From NCBI GenBank assembly GCA_036522855.1, contig DATDFA010000016.1:5809-69808 (forward strand): DNA of 64,000 bases, in the 5' to 3' direction. A program made the position numbers and the translations under genes. The DNA is from Candidatus Acidiferrum sp. Its GTDB lineage: Bacteria > Acidobacteriota > Terriglobia > Acidiferrales > UBA7541. A model generated the notes under the pieces. That model did not search any database. It was not told where the DNA came from and saw only the letters and a list, made by a program, of their open reading frames with translations. How positions within the stretch are numbered: the stretch's first letter is position 1; every line of letters begins with the position of its first letter. Shown here in pieces: positions 56,129 to 64,000 of the stretch.

Positions 56129-56683
56129 ATGAAAAAAACGATCCTGCTATTAGTCATCGTAATTGCGGCAACCGCCGCCGTGTATTTCGCGGACAAAGCG
56201 ACGCGAGTTCGCGTAACCGCGTCCGGGCCGGTGGCGCTGAAAGCGGGTACGCCGGCGCCGGACTTCAACGTGAAAGATTTGAGCGGCAAAAACGTAACGC
56301 TGGCGGATTACAAAGGCAAAGTGGTGCTGATCAATTTTTGGGCCACCTGGTGCGAGCCGTGCCGGCAGGAAATACCTTGGCTGATCGAAATGCAAGACAA
56401 ATATGGACCCAAGGGGTTTACCGTGCTGGGCTTGGCGATGGATGAAGAGGGCAAATCGGTAGTGGCGCCATTCGTGGCGAAAGAACGCTATGACGTGAAA
56501 GGCCAACCATCGCCGATGAATTATCCCATTGTGATCGGCAACGAGGATGTCGCTGAAAAATTTGGCGGCTTGCTTGGATATCCCACCAGCGTACTGGTTA
56601 CGCGCGACGGCAAACAGATTAAAAAAGTGACCGGAGTGATCAACGAAGAGGAAATATCCAAGTTGATCGAGGGAGCGCTTTAG
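56129..56683 (+). CDS. TlpA/ResA-family periplasmic thiol-disulfide oxidoreductase (thioredoxin fold)
   Basis: ORF 56117-56683. I chose ATG 56129. It has the membrane anchor MKKTILLLVIVIAATAAVYF and the active site VLINFWATWCEPCRQEIP. Confidence 0.85.
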   Translation: MKKTILLLVIVIAATAAVYFADKATRVRVTASGPVALKAGTPAPDFNVKDLSGKNVTLADYKGKVVLINFWATWCEPCRQEIPWLIEMQDKYGPKGFTVLGLAMDEEGKSVVAPFVAKERYDVKGQPSPMNYPIVIGNEDVAEKFGGLLGYPTSVLVTRDGKQIKKVTGVINEEEISKLIEGAL

Positions 56684-56687
56684 CTTC

Positions 56688-57026
56688 ATGAGCGTGCTGG
56701 ACGAACGGGACTTTCAAAAGAAGAGTGAAGCGGCGTTCGAAGAACTGAAGCGGCGCTTGCTAAATGCCGGCGACCAGCACGGTTTTGACGTGGAAGGCGA
56801 AAGCGGCAAGCTAGAAATAATCTTTGAAGAACCGGAGCCCGCCAGGTTCGTGGTTTCTCCGAACACTCCGGTACGCGAGATCTGGGTTTCCGCGCTGTCG
56901 ACCAGTTTCAAGCTGTCCTGGTCCGACGCCAAAAATGCGTTTGTCCTGGAAAAGACCGGCGAGAATCTTTTTGAAGTCATGAGCCGTGTGATCTCGCGGC
57001 AATTGGGAAGTGCAGTGACATTATGA
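56688..57026 (+). CDS. cyaY: frataxin homologue CyaY (iron donor/regulator for Fe-S assembly)
   Basis: 112 aa starting 4 nt after the TlpA stop. The pattern ...FEELKRRL...DVEGESGKLEIIFEEPEPARFVVSPNTPVREIWVSA...FKLSW...G..L aligns by eye with E. coli CyaY (..[34 protein letters not shown]..). Confidence 0.7.
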   Translation: MSVLDERDFQKKSEAAFEELKRRLLNAGDQHGFDVEGESGKLEIIFEEPEPARFVVSPNTPVREIWVSALSTSFKLSWSDAKNAFVLEKTGENLFEVMSRVISRQLGSAVTL

Positions 57027-57583
57027 AAGTGAAAGAAAGCAAGACACGCCGACGCGTGGCGCTATGGGGAGCTCCGGTGATCGCGCTGGCTTTCGCGACA
57101 CAGCTTTTCCCGCAGATTCCCGCTGCCCGCGACGTGGTGACGCCATCTGCATTCCCGTCGTTTGAGCCCGTGGCGCGCGGCAAACAAATGCAAATCGCCG
57201 TGGTCATGAAAATTCGCGATGGCTATCATGTGAACGCCCGCCGGCCGACCTTTGACTACCTGATCCCCACGGACTTGAAAGCGGAAATGCCCGCGGGCTT
57301 AAAAGCGGGCGAGGTCACCTATCCCAAGGGTACGCTGCACAAATTCAATTTCACAAAAGACCAGCCGCTTAACGTTTACACCGATACCGTGGTGTTGCGC
57401 CTTCCGATCACGGTCGAAGCAAACGCGCCCCTCGGTAAACAGCACGTCGCCCTGAAACTGCGTTATCAAGCCTGCAGCACCGATGTCTGTCTGCCGCCGG
57501 CGACACTGACCGTCGATACGGTAGTCGATGTATCTTCGCAGGAATCGCACCCTAGCCATCCCGAATTATTCTCGAAACAGTAG
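57023..57583 (+). CDS. exported DsbD alpha-domain-like (DsbD N-terminal) thiol-disulfide protein
   Basis: 186 aa. Its ATG overlaps the cyaY TGA (ATGA at 57023-57026). The signal contains TRRRVALWGAPVIALAFA. The Cys pair is in LRYQACSTDVCLPP (compare E. coli DsbD YQGC...FCYPP). Confidence 0.7.
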   Translation: MKVKESKTRRRVALWGAPVIALAFATQLFPQIPAARDVVTPSAFPSFEPVARGKQMQIAVVMKIRDGYHVNARRPTFDYLIPTDLKAEMPAGLKAGEVTYPKGTLHKFNFTKDQPLNVYTDTVVLRLPITVEANAPLGKQHVALKLRYQACSTDVCLPPATLTVDTVVDVSSQESHPSHPELFSKQ

Positions 57584-57616
57584 CGCGATTCGCAACGCTT
57601 CTGCGAAACTGCCCTC

Positions 57617-59224
57617 ATGGTTTCACCGACGGTGCCTTCCTCGAAAGTCGGCAAAATAATTGGCTTCAGCCTGGCCGCGGCTCTGTTGTTCGTGTTGCTC
57701 TTGCTGACAGCAGCCTATTCGCGCAAACGCGATGCTGAATTGCGTACACGCGATTGGATTGAGCGAGAGCTCCAGGCTAGATTTCAGAGCAACGTCGATC
57801 TGGAGGATTTTCATGTAAACGTCTTTCCGCGAATGATGGTAAGCGGCGAGGGACTGTCGATTCACTATCGCGGCAGGCCTGAGACTACTCCGATGATTCG
57901 CATCGAGAAATTTTCATTCGAACTCGGCTTCTGGAGTATCTTCCGCGTGCCGCATCGAATTCAACGCATTCACGTGCAGCGAATGGTGATCACGATTCCG
58001 CCTCGGCAGCCGCAACAGAATCTCCCGCCTCCGCCGGGCATCGAAACCAGCGAAATTCCGCACGTGACTGCCGCGGAAATCGAATGCGACAACGCCGATC
58101 TGCTCATTTTCTCAAATAAGCCCGACAGGGATCCTCTCGACTGGGAAATACATCACCTTGTCCTGACCGAAGTAGGAATGAACAAGCCGTTTTTTTTCCG
58201 CGGTACACTGACCAACGCCAAACCGAAGGGTGAAATCGAAACCAGAGGCAAGTTCGGGCCATGGAACGTGGATGTGCCCGGCGCGACCCGCGTGCTCGGC
58301 AGTTACGGCTTTCAGAATGCCGACCTCGGTCCATTTCCTGGCATCGCGGGAATTTTATCGTCCAGTGGCGGCTACAAAGGCCAATTGGATCAATTGGAAG
58401 TAGACGGCAAAACCGACACCCCGGATTTTTCACTCGATAATGTGGGCAAGCCGGTTCCTCTTCACACCGATTTTTCCGCGACCGTGGACGGCACCAACGG
58501 CGATACGCTGCTGCATCCGGTCCGCGCGATCCTGGGCCAATCGCACATTATTGCTTCCGGGAGCGTCGAAAACATTCGAGAAAAGCAGGGCCATGAAATC
58601 AAATTGGACGTCAGCACGCCGAAAGCGCGCATCGAAGACATTCTGAAACTGGCGATCAACTCCGACAAACCGTTTCTGCGCGGTCCGGTGGATATTAAAG
58701 CGAAATTATTGTTGCCGCCTGGGAAGCAGAAGGTCATCGACAAGATGACGCTCGATGGAAGCTTTGCGGTGACTAATGGGCATTGGAGCAGCTCGGAGCT
58801 ACGCGAGAAATTGCAGAGCTTCAGCCGCCACGCCGAAGGGCAGCCAGAGGACAACGATGCGGGCAGCGCGGTCACCGATCTGAAGGGCACGTTCGTTTTG
58901 AAAAACAGCATAATCCGCTTTTCGAATTTGACATTCTCCGTGCCTGGCGCCGAGGTGCAACTGGCGGGCACCTACGAGCTTGCCGATCACAAAATTGACA
59001 TGCAGGGCAAAGTGCGAATGAAGGCAAAGCTTTCTCAGATGGTGACTGGCGCGAAATCATTCTTCCTGAAAGCCATTGATCCATTTTTCTCGAAAAGTGG
59101 CGCAGGTACGGAATTGCCCATTACCATCACCGGAACGGAAGAAAATCCTGTGATGGCAGTAACTGTTTTTCACAAGAAGTTCGAAAAGCAGATGGGAAAT
59201 CAGCAGAACCAGCAGAATCGGTGA
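57617..59224 (+). CDS. AsmA-family (AsmA-like C-terminal region) envelope protein
   Basis: 535 aa with the N-terminal anchor IIGFSLAAALLFVLLLLTAAY. The C-terminal part, LKGTFVLKNSIIRFSNLTFSVPGAEVQLAGTYELADHKIDMQGKVRMKA ... LPITITGTEENPVMAV, is typical of AsmA-like proteins. Confidence 0.65.
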   Translation: MVSPTVPSSKVGKIIGFSLAAALLFVLLLLTAAYSRKRDAELRTRDWIERELQARFQSNVDLEDFHVNVFPRMMVSGEGLSIHYRGRPETTPMIRIEKFSFELGFWSIFRVPHRIQRIHVQRMVITIPPRQPQQNLPPPPGIETSEIPHVTAAEIECDNADLLIFSNKPDRDPLDWEIHHLVLTEVGMNKPFFFRGTLTNAKPKGEIETRGKFGPWNVDVPGATRVLGSYGFQNADLGPFPGIAGILSSSGGYKGQLDQLEVDGKTDTPDFSLDNVGKPVPLHTDFSATVDGTNGDTLLHPVRAILGQSHIIASGSVENIREKQGHEIKLDVSTPKARIEDILKLAINSDKPFLRGPVDIKAKLLLPPGKQKVIDKMTLDGSFAVTNGHWSSSELREKLQSFSRHAEGQPEDNDAGSAVTDLKGTFVLKNSIIRFSNLTFSVPGAEVQLAGTYELADHKIDMQGKVRMKAKLSQMVTGAKSFFLKAIDPFFSKSGAGTELPITITGTEENPVMAVTVFHKKFEKQMGNQQNQQNR

Positions 59225-59250
59225 TTTCATCACCGCAGGGTTTCTAAGAA

Positions 59251-60726
59251 CTAGCCTAATTCCCCTAGAGCGTCGCGAAGCCGGCGAACCACTCGCTCTT
59301 GTCCAAGCGCCACCATGGTGTCGAACAGCGGTGGCGCAACGGCTTGGCCAACGATGGCAACGCGAATCGCGTTAATCAGCAAGCCGGCCTTCACACCGCC
59401 CGCTTCGGCAACTCCGCGAGTGGCGTGATCGCATGCGTCATGATTCCATTCACCCAGCACGCCAAGCGCATCAGCGCTTTTGCCAAGCAGTTCCTTGATT
59501 TTCGCCGGTTCTTTCCAGAATTTTTCCTTGGCCCTAGGATCACGTTCGAACTCATCCGTGAAGAATGCCCGAGACCAGGAAGCAAAATCGGGCAGCAGCC
59601 GCACTCGGGGACGGAGCAGGTCCACGGTTTTGGAAAACCACTCCCGCCCGGCGCCCGCGGCCCATTCCTCTTTCCAAAGTTTGCTGCGTTTCAACTCCGC
59701 TTCCACTTCCGGCAGCAACTCCTCAATCGGCAGCTTCTGTAAATATTGAGTGTTGAACCACTCCAGCTTGTCGCGATCAAATACGCCGTTGGTCCGGCTG
59801 ACTCCTTCCAGCGAAAATTTCTCGATCAGCTGGCTGGTACGCAGGAACTCCTGATCCCCTCCGGGCGCCCAGCCAAGCAATGCCAGGAAGTTGCGAAACG
59901 CCTCTGGCAGAAATCCTTCCGAGCGATACATGTTGACGTCCGTCGCACCATGCCTTTTCGAAAGCCGCGATTTGTCCGCGCCAAGGATCAGCGGCAGATG
60001 CGCAAAAATGGGAAGCTCCGCGCCGAGTGCGCGGTACAGCAAAACCTGCTTTGGCGTATTGGATATATGGTCGGCGCCGCGAACCACGTGCGTTATGCGC
60101 ATGTCCACGTCGTCGACCACCGCGCTCATCTGGTACATTGCCTGTCCGAATTCCTCCCCTTCCTTGCCGGAGCGCATCAGGACAAAATCCTCGATCTCAT
60201 CGTTGGAAAATTCGCGTTCGCCAAAAACAGCATCAAAAAATTTTGTCGTGCCGCCAATGGGCACCTTGAATCGCACTGCCGGTTTTGTTCCAGGCGTCGA
60301 GGGGGTGCCTTCGCGGCAGGAGCACCGCGTCACGCGGCGCACTTTCTGCGTTTCGGCGCCTTCTTGGGCATGATCGCCGCCAACATATTTTTCCGCCGGA
60401 CAATAACAAAGGAAAGCGGTACCGTTCGCGAGCAATTTCTTGGCCGCTTCCAGGTACAGTGCGGTGCGCTGTGATTGATAGAACGGTCCTTCGTCCCAGT
60501 CCACGCCAAGCCAACGCAGGCCCTCAATGATTCCGTTGACCAGTTCCGGCTTGTTGCGTTCTGCGTCCGTGTCCTCAATTCGCAGGATCATGACGCCACC
60601 CCTGCCCCGCACAAAAAGCCAGTTAAAAAGAGCGGTACGCGCGCCGCCTACGTGAAGATAGCCTGTAGGCGATGGGGCGAAACGCGCGCGAATACCTGTG
60701 TTTGCGGTATTTCCAGGGTCAGACAT
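59251..60726 (-). CDS. gltX: glutamate--tRNA ligase
   Basis: 491 aa. It has the class I HIGH region RFAPSPTGYLHVGGARTALFNW, the KMSKS-type RLSKRHG, and a Cys-rich insertion (CYCPAE...CSC). Confidence 0.9.
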   Translation of the reverse strand: MSDPGNTANTGIRARFAPSPTGYLHVGGARTALFNWLFVRGRGGVMILRIEDTDAERNKPELVNGIIEGLRWLGVDWDEGPFYQSQRTALYLEAAKKLLANGTAFLCYCPAEKYVGGDHAQEGAETQKVRRVTRCSCREGTPSTPGTKPAVRFKVPIGGTTKFFDAVFGEREFSNDEIEDFVLMRSGKEGEEFGQAMYQMSAVVDDVDMRITHVVRGADHISNTPKQVLLYRALGAELPIFAHLPLILGADKSRLSKRHGATDVNMYRSEGFLPEAFRNFLALLGWAPGGDQEFLRTSQLIEKFSLEGVSRTNGVFDRDKLEWFNTQYLQKLPIEELLPEVEAELKRSKLWKEEWAAGAGREWFSKTVDLLRPRVRLLPDFASWSRAFFTDEFERDPRAKEKFWKEPAKIKELLGKSADALGVLGEWNHDACDHATRGVAEAGGVKAGLLINAIRVAIVGQAVAPPLFDTMVALGQERVVRRLRDALGELG

Positions 60727-61089
60727 GTGTGATTGCGTGAACCTTCGTGTCCTTTTGTTGGGAGTGTAATTTGACAGTGTAATCGAAGGTCAGAATAGCG
60801 TCCAATCCGCCCCATCCGCAGCGACCAGCCAAATCTTTTCCAAACCTCAGAATCGACCGGCGTCCGCTACTATCATTTACGCAACCAGTACCGCGGTACG
60901 CTTGCGCAGCTAAATTTGCCTGACTCATAATCGCAAGTACTTTGTTTTGTGCAAGAATCGGTCGGCAACAGCTCACGCTAGTTCTCGAGAACGTGGCCCG
61001 AATGCTTCCGTTCCTGCACACGCGGGTTCGTGTCATCGCGGACTTTGCGCAGCCGTCTGAAAAAATGCCAGGCGGAGAAGCGATAGCCC

Positions 61090-64000
61090 TTGATCAATAG
61101 CGGTCTGATTTCGCTCGCGTTGCTGGTCGCCACAGCGTTCGTCTCTGGCTATTTTGCATACATTTACAATCTGAAGCGCCAGGTGTATCTCCTCTATTGG
61201 ACCGCCGGCTGGGGCATGCTCGCCCTGCACTATTTGGGAACCGGACTCAGCGGTGCAGCTGCTGCCAATTCTTTTCAAACGGCACTCGGTCAAGGACTTT
61301 TTGCAGGTGCCGGCATCTTTTTTTTCCTGGGGGCTCGCCAATACGCTCACCGGTCACTGCTGCTGGGCGGAACGTTAGGTGCCGGCGCCGCCGTTCTGTT
61401 ATGGACGCTTGCGAATGCTCTCGGATTCTTTTCCTTTCCGGTCATTTTTTCCGCATTCGCTATCTATTCCGCCGTCGCTGTGGAGTTCTGGGTCGAAAGC
61501 AGGCTGCAAGAAACCCTGGCGGACTGGTTGCTCTGCGTGGTGTTTTCGGCTTGGGCAGCTCTTGGGTTGCTCTTCTATTTCTTTCAAGGACGCCTGAATT
61601 CACTGCACCTTACGTTCGACCCTATTTCTGCGCTTCCCGCTAGTTTTGCGGCGATGCTCATGGTCATGGCGCTATACGAAGAAGAAAAGCGCCGCATCGA
61701 ACGCAACATGCTGGCGCTTTCCAACTTGAATCTGGCCGCATCGAGCTTTTCCGGTGGAGAGATTCACCGCATGCTGTCGCAAGCTCTGGATCGCGTTCTG
61801 GGCGTAGTACGGTTGCCTGCGGGCGCGTTGTTTCTGAATCATGGAGATCCCCAGGGACCGACCTCAGTGGTGGCTGTCGGACTCCAGGATGAATTCTGCC
61901 GCGTCGCCCAGGAGGAAGGACTCGACGATTATCTGGTCACCCTGGTTTCTCGCCTCGGCGGTCTGATGGGATTCCGTGATTTGCGTGATGATTCGCTGAT
62001 GGCGTTGGAAAAAGAAGACCAAATACGCCGATTCCGCAAACTCGCGCTGGATCAGCATCTTCGCAGCGTGGTTGCCATCAGCTTGCAAGCCAAAGAACAG
62101 GCTTTCGGCGTGTTGTTGCTGGGCTCGCCCGATACTCGCAGATTCACCCCCGCGGAACTTCGGCTGCTCCTCGCCTTGGGACATCAAATCGGCATGGCTG
62201 TCGAGAATAGTTTGCTGATCCAGCAAACCTCGCGCCGTTCGGAAGAGTTGCACGTACTGAACGAAATTGGCCGCGCTCTCAGCTCGACGCTTCACAAGGA
62301 AGATCTTCTTCGCAAGATTTGGGAAGAGTTGCGGCGATTGTTCGATGTCGAAAATTTCTATATCGCTTCGCTCGATACCGTTCGCGACGAAATGCACTTT
62401 GATTTGGAAATTATTGGGGGCGTGCGAAATTCCCGCCGCACGCGTCCTGCCGGGAACTTTCTTACTGAGTTTGTGATCCGCACCAGGCAGCCCGTTTTGA
62501 TCCGCGAAAATTTCGTCGAGGAAGCTCAAAAACTCGGTGTGGAACCCCTTCGCGATCATGGATGCTTTTGCTGCGTGCCACTGGTCGCCTACGACCGAGC
62601 CATCGGCGCCATGGCTGTCTTTGCCAATCAGGACAAGTCATTCGACGAAGGCCATCTGGAACTCCTTCGCGTTCTCGCCAGCGAAGCCAGCATCGCCATC
62701 GAGAATGCCCGCCTGTTCCAGGAGGAGCGTACCAAGGCCCGTCACCTCACTCTGCTCAACACCATTTCTCGCCATGCGATCGGCACACTCAATCCCGATG
62801 AAATGCTCGCGAAAATGACCGAAGAGCTGGAAAACGGACTTACCTACGACCATATCGGAATTGCCGTCCTGGAATACTCGACTCGCGAACTGGTGATACA
62901 AGCCGAAGCCGGAAATCGCCGTGGCGCCCTCGGACAGCGCATCCCGCTCGGCTCCGGACTGATCGGAAACGTCGCCCGCAATGGCAACTTGGCCTCTTTC
63001 CGTTTGGGTCAGCCCGCCGATGCCGCTTTCAAGCCGCTTATGGCGGATACCAAGTCCGCGGTCGCTCTTCCCGTTTTCTTCGCGGAACAGTTGCACGGCG
63101 TTCTGTACGTCGAGTCCGCAAAGGATAATGATTTCACCGACGAAGAAGTATTGCTTCTCGGGACCCTGGCTGACTTGATTGCCGGCGCTCTCCACAATGC
63201 GTTGACTTTCCAAAAAGCGCAGGAACAAGCCATCACCGACGGCCTTACCGGCGTAAAGACCCACCGCTTTTTCATGGAAGCGCTCTCCGCGGAATGGAAA
63301 CGCTCGACGCGTGCAGGCCGCGCTTTCGCGTTGGTCCTGATGGACTTGGACCGCTTTAAGTTCGTGAATGATTTCTACGGCCACCTCGAAGGCGATCTCG
63401 TTCTGCAGCGCGTCGGCCACATTTTGGAAGCCAATTGCCGCCGTTCGGACGTTGTGGCGCGCTATGGCGGCGACGAATTTGTCATCCTCATGCCGGAAAC
63501 TTCCATGGAACAGGCCCGGCAGCTTGCTTCGAAACTCCGCGGTTGGGTCTGCGCCGACAATCTGCTGCGCGAGAAAAATGTTTCAGCCAGCTTCGGCATC
63601 GCCTGCTACCCGTTGCACGGCTCCTCGCCGCAGGAACTGATTCAGGTCGCGGATGCTTCCATGTATTTGTCGAAGCACCAAGGCGGCAACGCTGTTTCCA
63701 CCGCGGACCACTTCGACCCCACCGAAGCAAAAAAATGGAAGAAAGATGTTCTGGAAGCCTACCTCGGTGTGACACTTAAACGCCTTTTCGCCACCGGTCC
63801 GGAAGCTTTCGAAGAAATTTACCAGCGCCTGAAGCAGTTCACCGAATCGCTGGCGGCGACGGAAGCCGGCAATGGCCTAACCGTACCTCACGAAATTCCG
63901 GAAGACACCGGCCCTCAGGCCCTTCCGCAAGCCGTGCTGGACACCGTTACTTCACTGGCCTTTGCCATTGACGCCAAAGATCACTACACCCAGGGGCACT
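61090..64000 (+). CDS. membrane sensor with three GAF domains, GGDEF diguanylate cyclase and HD-GYP domain (3' end beyond window)
   Basis: Not in the ORF track (no stop). Frame 1 is open from the in-frame TAG at 61084-61086 to nt 64000. The first start candidate is TTG 61090. It has about 5-6 TM helices (LISLALLVATAFVSGYFAY...), three GAF-like modules, then DGLTGVKTHRFF...RYGGDEFVILM (GGDEF at 63466-63480; RxxD I-site RRSD at 63442-63450). The last residues AIDAKDHYTQGH begin an HD-GYP domain. Confidence 0.8.
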   Translation, partial: MINSGLISLALLVATAFVSGYFAYIYNLKRQVYLLYWTAGWGMLALHYLGTGLSGAAAANSFQTALGQGLFAGAGIFFFLGARQYAHRSLLLGGTLGAGAAVLLWTLANALGFFSFPVIFSAFAIYSAVAVEFWVESRLQETLADWLLCVVFSAWAALGLLFYFFQGRLNSLHLTFDPISALPASFAAMLMVMALYEEEKRRIERNMLALSNLNLAASSFSGGEIHRMLSQALDRVLGVVRLPAGALFLNHGDPQGPTSVVAVGLQDEFCRVAQEEGLDDYLVTLVSRLGGLMGFRDLRDDSLMALEKEDQIRRFRKLALDQHLRSVVAISLQAKEQAFGVLLLGSPDTRRFTPAELRLLLALGHQIGMAVENSLLIQQTSRRSEELHVLNEIGRALSSTLHKEDLLRKIWEELRRLFDVENFYIASLDTVRDEMHFDLEIIGGVRNSRRTRPAGNFLTEFVIRTRQPVLIRENFVEEAQKLGVEPLRDHGCFCCVPLVAYDRAIGAMAVFANQDKSFDEGHLELLRVLASEASIAIENARLFQEERTKARHLTLLNTISRHAIGTLNPDEMLAKMTEELENGLTYDHIGIAVLEYSTRELVIQAEAGNRRGALGQRIPLGSGLIGNVARNGNLASFRLGQPADAAFKPLMADTKSAVALPVFFAEQLHGVLYVESAKDNDFTDEEVLLLGTLADLIAGALHNALTFQKAQEQAITDGLTGVKTHRFFMEALSAEWKRSTRAGRAFALVLMDLDRFKFVNDFYGHLEGDLVLQRVGHILEANCRRSDVVARYGGDEFVILMPETSMEQARQLASKLRGWVCADNLLREKNVSASFGIACYPLHGSSPQELIQVADASMYLSKHQGGNAVSTADHFDPTEAKKWKKDVLEAYLGVTLKRLFATGPEAFEEIYQRLKQFTESLAATEAGNGLTVPHEIPEDTGPQALPQAVLDTVTSLAFAIDAKDHYTQGH

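Noticed and set aside
61017-61036. CACACGCGGGTTCGTGTCAT resembled a tRNA T-arm (GGTTCG); intergenic regions were also scanned for tRNA, rRNA or tmRNA
   Set aside because: There is no acceptor stem, D-arm or anticodon arm around it, and only a 5-bp local hairpin. No other GGTTCGAAT-type box was seen in any intergenic gap.
1-64000. Search for a mobile element, prophage, CRISPR array, toxin-antitoxin pair or defence island (nuclease/ATPase/RT combinations)
   Set aside because: I found no integrase, transposase, reverse transcriptase, Cas, restriction/methylase or phage structural motifs in any long ORF. I noticed no regularly spaced repeat array and no terminal inverted repeats. The window looks like core or accessory chromosome rather than a horizontally acquired island, though compositional statistics were not computed.

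Overview
This is 64 kb of moderately GC-rich, densely coding bacterial chromosome with about 50 CDS on both strands. I recognised no rRNA, tRNA, CRISPR array, transposase, integrase or phage gene. The gene content looks like Acidobacteriota: giant secreted TolB/BNR beta-propeller proteins, a Hanks kinase with a TPR tail, DUF4349/DUF3108 proteins, a PQQ quinohemoprotein dehydrogenase and a GT4-rich glycan locus. That assignment is an inference from protein families, not a search result.

Layout:
- 1-12 kb: mixed genes. M23 peptidase (partial), GlxA-type regulator, YncE-like propeller, deoxynucleoside kinase, MBL hydrolase with a PilZ-like tail, His-rich CDF exporter, PQQ/haem-c alcohol dehydrogenase, VOC protein, Zn-ribbon peptide plus STAS protein.
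- 13.5-33.2 kb: a surface-glycan biosynthesis locus. Three GT4 enzymes, an AsnB-type amidotransferase, a NodU/CmcH carbamoyltransferase, a transglutaminase-like membrane protein, a WecA/MraY-type initiating transferase, a geranylgeranyl-reductase-family flavoprotein, Ugd, UDP-glucuronate decarboxylase, a second sugar-nucleotide dehydrogenase, a CpsB-type phosphatase and a split TSUP transporter.
- 33-40 kb: Ser/Thr kinase, three DUF-type envelope proteins, TviC/WbpP-like epimerase.
- 40-52 kb: two secreted propeller proteins of more than 1100 aa, LptD, CocE/NonD peptidase.
- 52-55 kb: a translationally coupled lipid head-group operon.
- 55-59 kb: a split DsbD-type thiol-redox operon with an embedded frataxin (CyaY), followed by an AsmA-like protein.
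- 59-64 kb: gltX and a partial TM-GAF3-GGDEF-HD-GYP enzyme.

I did not find a clear-cut, self-contained novel system such as a defence island. The best leads are:
1. The CDP-alcohol transferase / HAD / PAP2_C-like operon.
2. A geranylgeranyl-reductase homologue next to the polyprenyl-phosphate glycan initiator.
3. A quinohemoprotein PQQ dehydrogenase carrying the D-x-D lanthanide-type signature.
4. An MBL hydrolase fused to a PilZ-like domain.
5. The CyaY-containing split-DsbD operon.

All functional calls rest on motifs read in the translations. Nothing was verified by a database search.
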